A program made the position numbers and the translations under genes. The notes under the pieces are model-generated. The model saw only the letters and a program-made list of their open reading frames with translations, did no database searches and was not told the origin of the DNA. From positions 1 to 64,000 of IMG/VR virus record IMGVR_UViG_3300008262_000024: a stretch of 64,000 nucleotides of DNA; one strand, 5' to 3'. The DNA comes from a virus. Of the stretch, positions 26,949 through 38,700 are shown piece after piece (position 1 is the first letter of the stretch; each line of letters starts with the position of its first letter).

Positions 26949-29900
26949 TATCCAATTTTACATATTTTATCAATTTCTTCTTGACTCATAGCTCTCAACA
27001 TTTGAATTTTTTCATCTATTGAAATGTCTGCAAATTGAGGAAAGAAGCTATCAAAGTTGTCAATGTTTATCTTATCAGTTCCATCTTGCACTTCAGGTTT
27101 TGCACCAGGTTTAGTTGCATATGGGTTTATTTTTTTTAGACCTTCTGTAGGTACAAAGATATCACTTTCTTCTTCAGTTTTAACTAATTGATTAGATAAA
27201 CCATCTATTAAAACATTTTTATATACTTCAAGTTGTTTTTCAGTAAGCTTACTTGCTCTATTACCTGCAACATTTAAAACTTTTATATTATTTTCAATTG
27301 TCCAATTTTTTAATTCAATAGCTGTAGGATTTACAATAAATGGTTTACCACTTTCAGATAATAATTTTAAAGTTAATTTACTACCTGTAGAAGTAATATC
27401 ACCAAATAAAACTGTACCATTTGAATTCTGAACATTTAATTTTGTTCTTACAGAATAATCAGAAGATATACTTTCTTCTAAACCATATTCTTCTTTTAAA
27501 GAAGGTTGAAGTCCTTTTTCAGTTTTATAACCTTTAGGAGCTATTCCACCTGTTTCTAACTTTAAAGCCTTACCTACCATAAGACCAAGTTGATCTATAC
27601 CTGTTTGTCCACCTGCTATTATTTTTTTAACTGGTGAAACTAATAATCCAGTATCTTCATTTACACTAGCTTTTTCAACATAGGCACTTGCAAGTTCAAC
27701 AAAATTATCTGTAATAGGAACTTGTTTTCTATAATCTACACCTTGATAATTACCTATTGGAGTAACTATTTGAGATGTTAGACTTCCATCAATTACTAAG
27801 TGTACTTTATTATTATTATCTATAGCATATGGAAAGAAGCTTGTTATATTAGAATAATTATATTTAGGATTAAACTTCCAATCTTCAGGTAGATATTCAG
27901 TATTAGCTAATAAAAACTTATGAGCAAACTCATTTATAATCTCAGATCTAAAGTCACTATCTGTTAATATAGCATCTATAACATCATTAATATCAGAAAC
28001 TATTTTACTTTGTGATGTGTAAGGTAAAAATTTATTTAATTGAAATACTGAATTATAAGTACCTGATTGGAATATATTTCCTATTTCTATTAAGTTTTGA
28101 ATTTCTAAAGGTAGTTCTTCAAAAGAATCAGCTTGTTCATTTATAAATGATGTAGTTCCTTTACCTTTAAAAGATCTAAAGTTATCTAATTTTGCAGAAC
28201 CATTTTCTAATAATACAAATATGTTTTGTAGAAACAAGTTGTCTTTAAACTTAGGATTATCTTTTAAATCAAATAAACCTTTAGCTAAAGAGTTTTTACC
28301 TTTCATTATTTCATCAAAACTATAGTTTTCAATTACTGAATAAAAGTTTTGAATAAAATATGTAATTAAGTGCTGATCTAACTTATTATAAAATTTTTCT
28401 TTATCTGTTGTTGTTAGATATAAAAGTTTAGGTAATGTAGTTTTAAATGCCTGATACACTTTTAGTTTATCTACAAAGTAAAATCTTTCATATAGATCAT
28501 TATATAACTCTCTTCCTTTAAAGAAAGGTTCTATAATTGAATCATTACTAATTAATTTTCTTTGTTCATCTAATGTTATAATTGGAAAAGGTACATCATT
28601 TATTTCTTGATATAAATCATTAAGTGCAATAACACCATTTCTATCTTTAAGATATTTAGTATCAGGTGAATAGTATCTTTTTACTTTATTAACTTCTTTA
28701 GCTTGTTCTCTTAAATTTAAGAACAATGCTAATACATCTTTTGATATAGATTTATCTTTAGACTTAATTTGATCTATTGTAATAATAGATGGTTCATAAT
28801 CTAAAACTCCAAATTGATTTTTTAAATCAGCATTACTTTTAACAAAACCTCCTTTTTTAAAGCTTCCAGTAGATTTAATAATCATAGATTGATTAATCCT
28901 TTCTTCTTTTAAGAATTCTGAAATATAAGGATGCTTCATAATATGAATAATATTCTCAATAGATATACCTCTTAATACCATGTAAGATATTGTATCAAGA
29001 GTTTGATTGACAATATTTAATATTTCAGCATAAGGATCTTTAACTAAGTCTACTTGTGATGTAAGTAGTGCAGATAGTACTATTGATACAGATTCACCTA
29101 CTTCATCAAGATTATTACCTAAATCTAAATTAGAAGTAAATCCTTCAATATTAATTTGAACTGCAGGATATTCAGGATTAAGTTTAACACCATATCTCTG
29201 AGCTAAGTCTGCAAGATTAATCCAAGTAGCTAATTGACCTACACCAGCTTTACCAGATACAAATCTAATAGATGCTTTAACATTAAATGCTTCAGTAAAC
29301 AATCTAGTCATTGGTATACCTTCTTTAGGTACATAGGTTGATTTACTTGATGCTAAAGGTGTATCTGCTACTGGTGAGTAAAGATTTTTAGCTTGAGAAG
29401 GATGTAATAACATTTGGATTTCAATATCCAAGAAATGATTTTCTAAAGCCTTTTGACTATTAATTTCTTCAACAGGTGTAGCTTCAAACTCTTCTCTAAA
29501 AGCTTCTTTAATGTTTTTCTTTCTAGTTCTAATTGCTTTAATTGCAGATTTTCTTTTAGCTTCTAGATCTTTTTCTTCTTGAGTAGGAGCATAAAAATCA
29601 TTTATTTGTCTTTGAATTAATTTATTTTGTCCTATTAAAGACTTTTGTTGTGCAACAAGATTATCAAAGTTTTCAAGAAATACTCCTTCTTCAACAGCTT
29701 GTTTTCTAGTTTTTCTACCAGATGCATCAAGTGTTTTTTGAATTTCATCAATTGTATTTTGATTATTTTGTTGCTGTTCTCTTAAATTAGATTTAGCTTC
29801 TTTAGATGTAGTAGCTTCTTTACCAGTAGTTTCATTGGCATATTTTATAAACTCATTAATAGCTTCTTGACCTAATGCATTTAATGCTGCTTCAAGATTA

Positions 29901-32900
29901 TCTAATCTAGATGCAAAACTTTTATAGTTAGGATCTGTCTTAATGTCACCTTGCTTTTTAAATACACCTTTGTCTTCAAGAAACTTATCAAACAATTCAT
30001 CAGTATGAGTTTCATAATATTTAATTCTATTACCATCTTTATCTAAATGATAATAGTATAATGATATTTTATCAATATCAAAGTCACCACCTGTCTTAGC
30101 TACAAGCTCTGATGGAACTACAGCCATACCTTGCATCATTGGTAACAAGAACTTTTTAATCTTAAATACATCATTAGATGAAAACTGTTGATTAGGAATA
30201 CGAAGACCTTTAGCTATAACCTCAAGGTCACCTTTAGCAATATCAGAATTTAACTTTTGTACAGCTTCAAGAATATTTCTAGTGTTGTATTTAGTAAATG
30301 CTGCTTTTAATATTTCTGGTGTTACAGGAATAATAATTTCAGCAGGTGATATACTACCATCTTTATTTATTTCATAAAACTTAAGAACATCTGAATCAGA
30401 TTTTAAAGTACCATCTTCATCATATTGTCTAGGTCCTGACTCAAACCCTGTAACAGCAGCTTGAGGAACCATGTCACCTAATCTCTTTTGAACAAGTACT
30501 CTATTAGTTACTAATGCATTAAGAATAGGTTCTATCTTATTACTATTAGGAATAAGCTCTACATATTTAACATCTTCTAAAAACTTTTCAGCAGCTTCAA
30601 TAACATTATCTGCAGAGTTTCTATCTTTAGCAGCTTCAACTAAAACATCTCTTAATTTTTTAACAGATATTTTAATTTCATCAGGATAAACTTGAGCATC
30701 AAGTTCTTCTAAAAGATTATCTATAGATCTATTAATAATTGTATTTTGAACTTTTTCATATTTTCTAACTAGTGAATATACAGGAGAAGCTGATTCTTTT
30801 TGTTCTTCACTTAAAGAATCCCATTCTTCTTTAGTACCTGGAAAATCTGAAGGAACACCTTTATCAAAAAATCCTTCAAGTATATTTTTTCTAGCCTGAG
30901 TAGAACTTGTAATTTTATTTTTAGGAATGTTATTAATCTTAACCTGATTCTTCATATACTTCCAAGGTAATCTACCAATTTGATCTTCTGTAATTTCTTG
31001 AAGATCCCAATTACCTTCTGTATATAATGGTCTCATTTGTTTAATACCAAACTTAGCAGCACCCTCCATATGTAATACATCAATAGAGTTAGCTATCATA
31101 AATTCATGTACTGCATTTAAAGCTACATCATATATAGCTGTAGGCATTAATGGAAGATAAGCTGTCTTTCTACCAGCTATAACATTTAAACCAACCTCAT
31201 CAGTTGTTGTAAAGTCATTAGGACCTACATACTGTGGTTTTTTAATAGTTAATGGTGCATAGGTTTTAAATAACCATTCACCAATATCTTTAACATCATC
31301 TGGAATATTTAAATCATCTTTAATAGAATCTAAATCATATCCACTGTTTATAAACTTAACTTGTAAATCAAAGTTTCTTTGTTTAGCATCATTCCACTCA
31401 TCAGTTCTAAGTTCAAACTCTCTAGCCATGAACATGTTAATATATGAGAAACCATCATTTTCTGTATATTCTTGATAAGCTTTAGCATATGATGTTGCAT
31501 ATTGTTCAGCTTTTTGTTCATCACCTTTAAAGTCTTTTAGAAGTTTATCTTTAATAGCTTGTTTAATATTATCATAGTAATATGATTTTACAGCTGGATC
31601 TGAAATAACTAACTCTCTTATAATGTTTACATCATAATCTTTTTTATAAGTATAAGTAGTATCTCCTATTTTAACTGGAGATTCAGAATTTAATTTTCTA
31701 ACTTGATAATCAATTTCCTTTCCTATAAGACTTAATTTACCAGTAGATGATTGTGTGTTCAATCTTTTAGGTAAATCTTTAGATTCTTTATAAGCTGTAA
31801 CATCACCTACAAATAATATAGATTGCTCATACTTCTGTAAGAAACTTTCTAATGCTGCATATGATACTGCTAATTCCCAATCATTATTAAACAAAGATTT
31901 AGATATTATTTCTTCAGATATACCAATAGCTGTTTGTTCATAAATTGTTTCAGCATACTCACCAAATCCTTCTACCTTTTTATAAGTTTTATTTAAACCA
32001 TACTCTTTAAACATTTTAATGTCTTCAGAGATTACACTTTGTTTTAAATAATTTGTTATTTTATCTGCAATATACTTGTCAGTAGGTTGAAGTGTTCCTT
32101 TAACTAGGTCTTTAAAATCATTGTAAGGAATAATTTCTGAAAAGAATGATTTTACTTTATAGGTTTTTTCATCCTTCAAAGTTCTATCCATATATGAATA
32201 GTCACCTTTTGGTTTATTTAATTCATCTATCAAATAACCTGTAATAACATCCTTAGCTTGACTTACAACATTGTTAATGTTAGTTTCTGGTGTTAATATA
32301 CTACTGTTTGTACCTATTTTATAAACAGGAAATAAACTTCTATCTGAATGTTTTTGAGATGGTGATAGACCACTTAATGTCATATTAAGATTTAAAGAAA
32401 ATAAGTCACCTTCTTTTAAATCTGAAACATGTGTTGCTTTATCTAAGGTAACATCTTTTAAACCTTCAACAATAGCATACTCTACTTTTTCACCATTATA
32501 AATTTTTTGTATCCATCTAGAATTTTCACTTTGATTATTTTTAAATATATGTGGAAGAGCTTCTTTTAAATATTCTATTCTATAATCTCTTTTTTCTATT
32601 GGATCAATAGAATCATCATTATTAACTAAATCTATATAATAGTTAATAGTATCAGCAATTATGGTTTGATAAGTATTAAGGTTAATAAGATATACTGGTT
32701 TACCATCAATGTTCATAAACTGAAGTTCAGTATTTTCAGATTTTGATTCAGCAATAACATTTATTATTTTATTTAGTCTTACTGAATATTCACCATCATA
32801 TATTTTAGAAACCTTATCTACTTTTACTAGATTTAAAATCTTACTAACTTCATCTTTAATAATATTTAAACCTTCTTCACTAACATCAGATAATGATCCA

Positions 32901-35722
32901 AGTCCTAAGACTTCAAACTTTTCTTCTAAACTTACATTAGGATCTTTTAACATTGCTAAAAAGTTAGCATCTTTATCACCTTTAAGTTTAAATCCTGTAA
33001 ACTCTGAATAGTTCTTTTTAAATTTAACTTTAGCTTCATTTAACAATGTGCTAATATAATTTTCTTTATTAGCAGGAATAAAAACCATGTTTCCATTCTT
33101 TAATAATCCTGTATAGAAATTATATTTAGTTAATGCAAACTCTGATACAAAAGATCTTCTTAAATCTAAGATTGTCTTTACATCATCAGTAATAGGTTGA
33201 TTGTTATCAATTATATCATCAACATTAATATCATTTAAATAATCTAATAAATCATTAAACTGAGGATATTTTTCAGATAACTCTTTAATCTTATCAATAA
33301 ATATATTAATATCTGCAGGTAATGTAGCTAATGAATTCTTAAGAATGTTAACATTATTGTTCCAACTACCTGCTTGAACAATGTTAAGTACATTTGATCT
33401 CTTTAGACTATAGTCTTTATTTCTATCAGGTAATGCACTAATTAAAAGCTTAATAGCTTTAGGCATGCTGTCTTTAGTATTAAACTCAATAGCTGGAATA
33501 ATATCAAGATTAGATCTACCTATCTTATCACCTTCTTCTTTTAAATCCTCTGCAGTTCTATCTTCAGTAAGATTATCAGTTTCAGTTGATAGTTTATCTG
33601 GTTTAGTAATAATGTCTGAAGTCTTTTCTTCTAAAGTTTTTATATTAAAAGAACTTAATCTACTTAAATGTTCTTTAATTAAACTAACAAATGCATTATC
33701 AGGATCTTCATTAAATGCTTCTAAAATTTCATTAGATTCAATTTTATTAGATATTTCAAGATCATCTAATACTTGATTAATTACAACATCATATACATTT
33801 TTAATTTGATCAGAAGTATAATTGCTTTCAGCAATATCAAATATTCCATTTACAAACTCTCCATTAAATTCTTTAGTAAAATTCTTTATAACACTTGGAG
33901 TAAATAATATTTTAGCAAAATAATAATCCATTGCAAATAACAACTCATGTTTTTCAGTAGCTGTTAATTCTCTACTGTTAATAGATATTGCTCTATTTTT
34001 TTCAACAGATGTATTCTCAACAAGCTTTTTAGCTTTAGAGTATCTACCCTCATCAATAAGTTTATAAAGTTCTTTAATGTCTTTAGGTGAAGCTTTTAAA
34101 AGTTTATCAAAGAAATTAATTATATCCTGATATATCTTTTCAAATATGTTAGATGGCTTAGGTTTAGCTAAATTGTAATCTCTAAAATCTTCTGCAAAGT
34201 ATTCTTCTATTAAATCATCTTCTGTAAGATCTGGATAACTCTTTGTAAGATATTGTATTTTAGATTTATAATCAGGATCTGATTTAAATTGATCTAACAA
34301 TCTAGATCTTTCTTCAGGAGTTAAATAAAAATTCCATACTCTATGAAATGCTTCATGATACTCAGTACCTTCTTCAAATGATTCTGACAAAAGTATTTTA
34401 CCATCTTTAAGTATTTTACCAAAAGCATTACCATCAACTAAACCTTGTACTCTAACAATTTCATTAGCTGACATACCAAGTTTTTCTCTTAAGTATTTTT
34501 CAGCTTTTGTAAAATCACCTTTTTTATATTCTAAAGGTTTTGATAATTTATTTTTTATATTTGTTTGAAGAGTTAATAATGCATTTTTCCAGTCATTATA
34601 TGTATTCATAGACTGAAAATTAATTTCTCTTTTATCTACAAAGTCTTTTACTTTTTCTTGAGCTGCTTTAGATATAAAAGGTTCATTTAATACTATAAAT
34701 CCTTCTAAATCTTCTCCTATAACTTTTTGTTCTTCTCCATACTTATTTATAAAATAAGATTCACCATCTTCTTTTTTATAATAATAATTTTCATCAGAAA
34801 TACCTTCTAATTTTAAATATGCTTTAAAAGCTTTATAATGATTTCTATGTTTATTATATAGTTGTTCAAAATTAGATGTATCTATATTTAAGTTTTTTGC
34901 AATTGCTATTAAAGCTAAAGAATTGTTTTTTAAATCATACCACTTTGGAATTGTATTTAAAAAAACTTCTTCATTATTTTTATAATGAACAACTTCATCA
35001 GGATAATTAACATTTAAACTTTCAAGAGATTTTGTAACATCTTTTCTATATTCTGGTTTACTTAAACTTGCTTTTCTAGATTTACCTTGTGCAAACTTCT
35101 TAAATCCTTCTATATCTTGTTTAGAACCTAATATGTGAATTTGTTTTTTAGATTTTACTACATATTCATCTCCACCTTGAGCAATAACTATTGCTGAATC
35201 ATTTGTTAAAAAAGTAGGATTAGCTTTATAAGCTAATTCTTTAGAATCAAAATCTGCTGAAAAATTTAAAATTACAGCATATTGTTGGTCACCATAATCT
35301 CTTGCTCTATCTCTATTTTTAAAAAAATAATTCCAAAGTCTAATGTTTACTTCATTGTCTCTACCTACTGATCCATCATCTTCACTATCTCTAAAAAAAT
35401 CATCCTTGTTTTCAATAAATGGAAGCCCGTGATAAAATATATCTTTTTCTTTACTATTAGGAAATATAGTGTCAAGATATTGAGAGTATAGTTCTAATGT
35501 ACCTATAGTAGCTAATTCAGGATTAGATTCAAATATTTCTGCCACTCCTAATTTAACAGATACTCTTTCTTCAACACCTAATTCTTTTAATGTAGGAAAT
35601 CTATCAGTATTATTTTGCTGTTGCCATAAAGCAATCTTTGCAGCAAGTACATCTGAATTTACAGTAGCTTTTGATTCTAAGTCTTTAAACTCTTTAGATG
35701 AAGTAACTATACAGTATGTCAT
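26948..35722 (-). CDS. Virion-packaged DNA-dependent RNA polymerase (crAss-like), multidomain
   Basis: 2924 aa; LRIPNQ and KTGGDFDIDK catalytic loop (about 30071-30085); KRL..QSS; accessory HEAFH zincin, ART-like and SLOG-like domains. Confidence 0.9.
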   Translation of the reverse strand: MTYCIVTSSKEFKDLESKATVNSDVLAAKIALWQQQNNTDRFPTLKELGVEERVSVKLGVAEIFESNPELATIGTLELYSQYLDTIFPNSKEKDIFYHGLPFIENKDDFFRDSEDDGSVGRDNEVNIRLWNYFFKNRDRARDYGDQQYAVILNFSADFDSKELAYKANPTFLTNDSAIVIAQGGDEYVVKSKKQIHILGSKQDIEGFKKFAQGKSRKASLSKPEYRKDVTKSLESLNVNYPDEVVHYKNNEEVFLNTIPKWYDLKNNSLALIAIAKNLNIDTSNFEQLYNKHRNHYKAFKAYLKLEGISDENYYYKKEDGESYFINKYGEEQKVIGEDLEGFIVLNEPFISKAAQEKVKDFVDKREINFQSMNTYNDWKNALLTLQTNIKNKLSKPLEYKKGDFTKAEKYLREKLGMSANEIVRVQGLVDGNAFGKILKDGKILLSESFEEGTEYHEAFHRVWNFYLTPEERSRLLDQFKSDPDYKSKIQYLTKSYPDLTEDDLIEEYFAEDFRDYNLAKPKPSNIFEKIYQDIINFFDKLLKASPKDIKELYKLIDEGRYSKAKKLVENTSVEKNRAISINSRELTATEKHELLFAMDYYFAKILFTPSVIKNFTKEFNGEFVNGIFDIAESNYTSDQIKNVYDVVINQVLDDLEISNKIESNEILEAFNEDPDNAFVSLIKEHLSRLSSFNIKTLEEKTSDIITKPDKLSTETDNLTEDRTAEDLKEEGDKIGRSNLDIIPAIEFNTKDSMPKAIKLLISALPDRNKDYSLKRSNVLNIVQAGSWNNNVNILKNSLATLPADINIFIDKIKELSEKYPQFNDLLDYLNDINVDDIIDNNQPITDDVKTILDLRRSFVSEFALTKYNFYTGLLKNGNMVFIPANKENYISTLLNEAKVKFKKNYSEFTGFKLKGDKDANFLAMLKDPNVSLEEKFEVLGLGSLSDVSEEGLNIIKDEVSKILNLVKVDKVSKIYDGEYSVRLNKIINVIAESKSENTELQFMNIDGKPVYLINLNTYQTIIADTINYYIDLVNNDDSIDPIEKRDYRIEYLKEALPHIFKNNQSENSRWIQKIYNGEKVEYAIVEGLKDVTLDKATHVSDLKEGDLFSLNLNMTLSGLSPSQKHSDRSLFPVYKIGTNSSILTPETNINNVVSQAKDVITGYLIDELNKPKGDYSYMDRTLKDEKTYKVKSFFSEIIPYNDFKDLVKGTLQPTDKYIADKITNYLKQSVISEDIKMFKEYGLNKTYKKVEGFGEYAETIYEQTAIGISEEIISKSLFNNDWELAVSYAALESFLQKYEQSILFVGDVTAYKESKDLPKRLNTQSSTGKLSLIGKEIDYQVRKLNSESPVKIGDTTYTYKKDYDVNIIRELVISDPAVKSYYYDNIKQAIKDKLLKDFKGDEQKAEQYATSYAKAYQEYTENDGFSYINMFMAREFELRTDEWNDAKQRNFDLQVKFINSGYDLDSIKDDLNIPDDVKDIGEWLFKTYAPLTIKKPQYVGPNDFTTTDEVGLNVIAGRKTAYLPLMPTAIYDVALNAVHEFMIANSIDVLHMEGAAKFGIKQMRPLYTEGNWDLQEITEDQIGRLPWKYMKNQVKINNIPKNKITSSTQARKNILEGFFDKGVPSDFPGTKEEWDSLSEEQKESASPVYSLVRKYEKVQNTIINRSIDNLLEELDAQVYPDEIKISVKKLRDVLVEAAKDRNSADNVIEAAEKFLEDVKYVELIPNSNKIEPILNALVTNRVLVQKRLGDMVPQAAVTGFESGPRQYDEDGTLKSDSDVLKFYEINKDGSISPAEIIIPVTPEILKAAFTKYNTRNILEAVQKLNSDIAKGDLEVIAKGLRIPNQQFSSNDVFKIKKFLLPMMQGMAVVPSELVAKTGGDFDIDKISLYYYHLDKDGNRIKYYETHTDELFDKFLEDKGVFKKQGDIKTDPNYKSFASRLDNLEAALNALGQEAINEFIKYANETTGKEATTSKEAKSNLREQQQNNQNTIDEIQKTLDASGRKTRKQAVEEGVFLENFDNLVAQQKSLIGQNKLIQRQINDFYAPTQEEKDLEAKRKSAIKAIRTRKKNIKEAFREEFEATPVEEINSQKALENHFLDIEIQMLLHPSQAKNLYSPVADTPLASSKSTYVPKEGIPMTRLFTEAFNVKASIRFVSGKAGVGQLATWINLADLAQRYGVKLNPEYPAVQINIEGFTSNLDLGNNLDEVGESVSIVLSALLTSQVDLVKDPYAEILNIVNQTLDTISYMVLRGISIENIIHIMKHPYISEFLKEERINQSMIIKSTGSFKKGGFVKSNADLKNQFGVLDYEPSIITIDQIKSKDKSISKDVLALFLNLREQAKEVNKVKRYYSPDTKYLKDRNGVIALNDLYQEINDVPFPIITLDEQRKLISNDSIIEPFFKGRELYNDLYERFYFVDKLKVYQAFKTTLPKLLYLTTTDKEKFYNKLDQHLITYFIQNFYSVIENYSFDEIMKGKNSLAKGLFDLKDNPKFKDNLFLQNIFVLLENGSAKLDNFRSFKGKGTTSFINEQADSFEELPLEIQNLIEIGNIFQSGTYNSVFQLNKFLPYTSQSKIVSDINDVIDAILTDSDFRSEIINEFAHKFLLANTEYLPEDWKFNPKYNYSNITSFFPYAIDNNNKVHLVIDGSLTSQIVTPIGNYQGVDYRKQVPITDNFVELASAYVEKASVNEDTGLLVSPVKKIIAGGQTGIDQLGLMVGKALKLETGGIAPKGYKTEKGLQPSLKEEYGLEESISSDYSVRTKLNVQNSNGTVLFGDITSTGSKLTLKLLSESGKPFIVNPTAIELKNWTIENNIKVLNVAGNRASKLTEKQLEVYKNVLIDGLSNQLVKTEEESDIFVPTEGLKKINPYATKPGAKPEVQDGTDKINIDNFDSFFPQFADISIDEKIQMLRAMSQEEIDKICKIG

Positions 35723-38700
35723 TTTGTTTTACAGTTTTTAGCTTGTTGTTGCATCATTGCTTTTTCTGCTTTTGTACTTGGAGCAGACAAACCACTAACA
35801 CCTCTTCTTCTAAACTTTTGTAACTTAGTTTCTCCTTCTTTAGTTTCAGTAGGTTTACCTTCTAAAGCAGCTAGTTCTGCGTTAATAAATTTAGAAAGAA
35901 GATATTTTGAAACAATATTAGCAACTTCTGTTTCAGACTTTGCTTTACTCAACTTGTCTTTTAAATCTTTCTCAAGTTCTGTTTGATTTAATGTATTTTG
36001 CCAAGATTCATATTTAGCTTCATCTAAAACATTGAATATATCATCCATTTTAGATGTCAGATCATCAGTGGATGCTACTAGGTTTTTAATTTCATTAAGC
36101 TGTTTTTTTCTATCAGAAACAGTAGCTGTAGAATCACTTTCTATTTCATCAGCTACTTCCTCTTCTTTAGAAACAGGAGTTTCTTCTGAAAGAGAAGCTT
36201 TAAGTTTAGCTTTAAGTTTTTCTTTTTGTGCTTTTAATTTAGCTTTAATTTTATCTTCATCAGATAAATTAAGTTCTGAGGTATCTGTTTCAGTTTTAGT
36301 TTCTTTCTTTTTAGAAACAACAACTTTCTTATTTTCAGGTTTATCTGAAGGCTTTGTAAAGTTTTCATTAAGTTGAACTTTAATAGTATTACCTTCTGAT
36401 ACTCTTTTAAACACAATCATCTTGTTTGCAAATTTAGGAAAATTATCTTTACTAGGTAATGATGTTCTTAATACACTATCAACTAAGAAACTTCTGTAAC
36501 TTGGATAAGATTTGTAACTCATTTCATATTTACCATCAGCAGTTCTTTTAACTTGAGGATGGAAATATAAGTTTGGAGTATTTTCACCTAACAACTGTTT
36601 ATTAACATTTAATCTTTTATCTGCAAGATAAGTTACTAAATCTCCAATTAAAGGATTTTGAAGTGGATCTGTTGAAGCAAGTGCTTTCTTTAGAGTTAAT
36701 ATATCCAAACTAGTTTGAATCCATTTACCATCTTCTAACTTCTTTTTAAAATGAATTTCACCATTATGATAAAATATTTCACTTACCTTATCAGATGCAA
36801 TAGGAATTTCTTTTCCTTGTTGATCAATATAATTTTTATCTAACTGTCTTCCCCAATACAATAAACTAGTAATAGCTGATACATTACTTTCACTATTAAA
36901 TGGTAACATTAAATAAGAACCTATAGCCTGCATTTCATCAGATGAACTAGACTTTTTAATTCTCATAAACTTCTTATCTCCAAAATCAGGTGCTTTAACA
37001 TTACCTTCATCTGCAGTAGACATTATATATAGTGCAGTTAATATTTCATCAGGAGTAAGAGTTCTTTGAGTTAATGGTACAACTTCATTAGTTTTATCCA
37101 TCTTTAAAATAACTTTACCAGGAGTATATGAAGTTTGTGTTGTATAATCTACAACTTCAATATCACCACCTTCTAATATACCTTTCTCAGTTACTTTAAC
37201 AGGTAATGCTTTAGTTATCTTACGTTGAACAGGTTTGTTAAACATTGGTTTACCATTTTCATCAGTTTCATATTGTATGATAGGAACACCACCTGTCACT
37301 AAAGAAATACCTGAATAAGCTTTCTTGTTTTCAGTTTCAACATGATTAACTATTGTATTGATAACTTGTTCTTGATATAAACCTTTATCACCAGCTATAA
37401 TTTCTTTAGCTTTAGCAATAAGTTCATCTATAGTTATTTCACCATATAATTCATATACACCACTGTTTTCAATATTATTAGTCTTTTCACTATTAAGAAC
37501 AATATTACTTTGATACTTTATTTTAGAGTTCATTAATAGACTTACTATTTTTTTACCAGCTTTAGACATAGCATAGTTACTACCATCTTTTAAATAGTCA
37601 GCAACAATCTCAGCATCACTTTCACTTATTTCTAATGCTGATGTTCCAGCTATAAATGCATCATATCTAGTTTCAATAATAGCTTTACCATCTTTAATTG
37701 TAACAGTAACATCTACATCTTTACCATAATTTTTAGCAGCAAATGTATAAACACCATCTTTCTCTTTAACTTCATAATTATTAATAAACTTAACATCTTT
37801 TCTAATATTAAATCCATTAGTAATTAAACTAACAGCTGCAGCATTATTAATTCTAAGAGCACCAGATTTACTTGTAATTGATTTAGGAATAAAACCTACA
37901 ACTAGTTTAGTTTGGTTAGCATATGTTTCAGTTGCAGGATTACCTTTTTCATCTTCTAAATAAAATCCTATTGACAAATCACCTGGTTTTCTACCTTCTT
38001 CACCTTCTGGTATTGCTTTATATAAGTTTAATAACTCTGAACTAGTTTGACCACCACCAAGAGACACAGTAACATTTCCATCTTGATCTGTTCTACCTAT
38101 AAAGAATCTAACATTATATTTCTTAGCTAAGTCAGGATTATTTTTTATAAATGTACTTAACCTTCTATAGTTTTCATCATTCTCATTTAGTTCAGGCAGA
38201 CCTTCATTATTATCAGGATATGATGTCTTTTTAGTTTTATCATCATATGCTAAATCTAATGCAATAGATCTAAATATATAATTTGATAGAAACCCACTAA
38301 AGTCAGGTTTACCTCCTACTTCTTCTTCTTCATAAACTGTTGGAGCTTGTCCAGTAGGTGCTTGATTATTATAGTTAATAGGTTGACCAGGAGTTCTATT
38401 TAATTTATTTTTATATTGAATGAATAAATCATTCATTAAAGTTTTTAAATCATTTTCTTTTTGAGTAATTTCTAGAAGTCTTATTTCTCTAGGACCCATC
38501 TGTGCTATTTGCTGTTCAGATAAATCAAAGTAATATTTAGTTGCAGATTCTAATAACCTTTGTCTATGACTAACAATTTTATCAATCATTCTATCTGGAT
38601 AGAAATAATGATTATCTACATAAAATTGTGTTTCAACACTTAAAGGTATTTGATTTGCGTTCTTAGCTGCAGATTTAATATCACTTGTTAATTGTGATAA

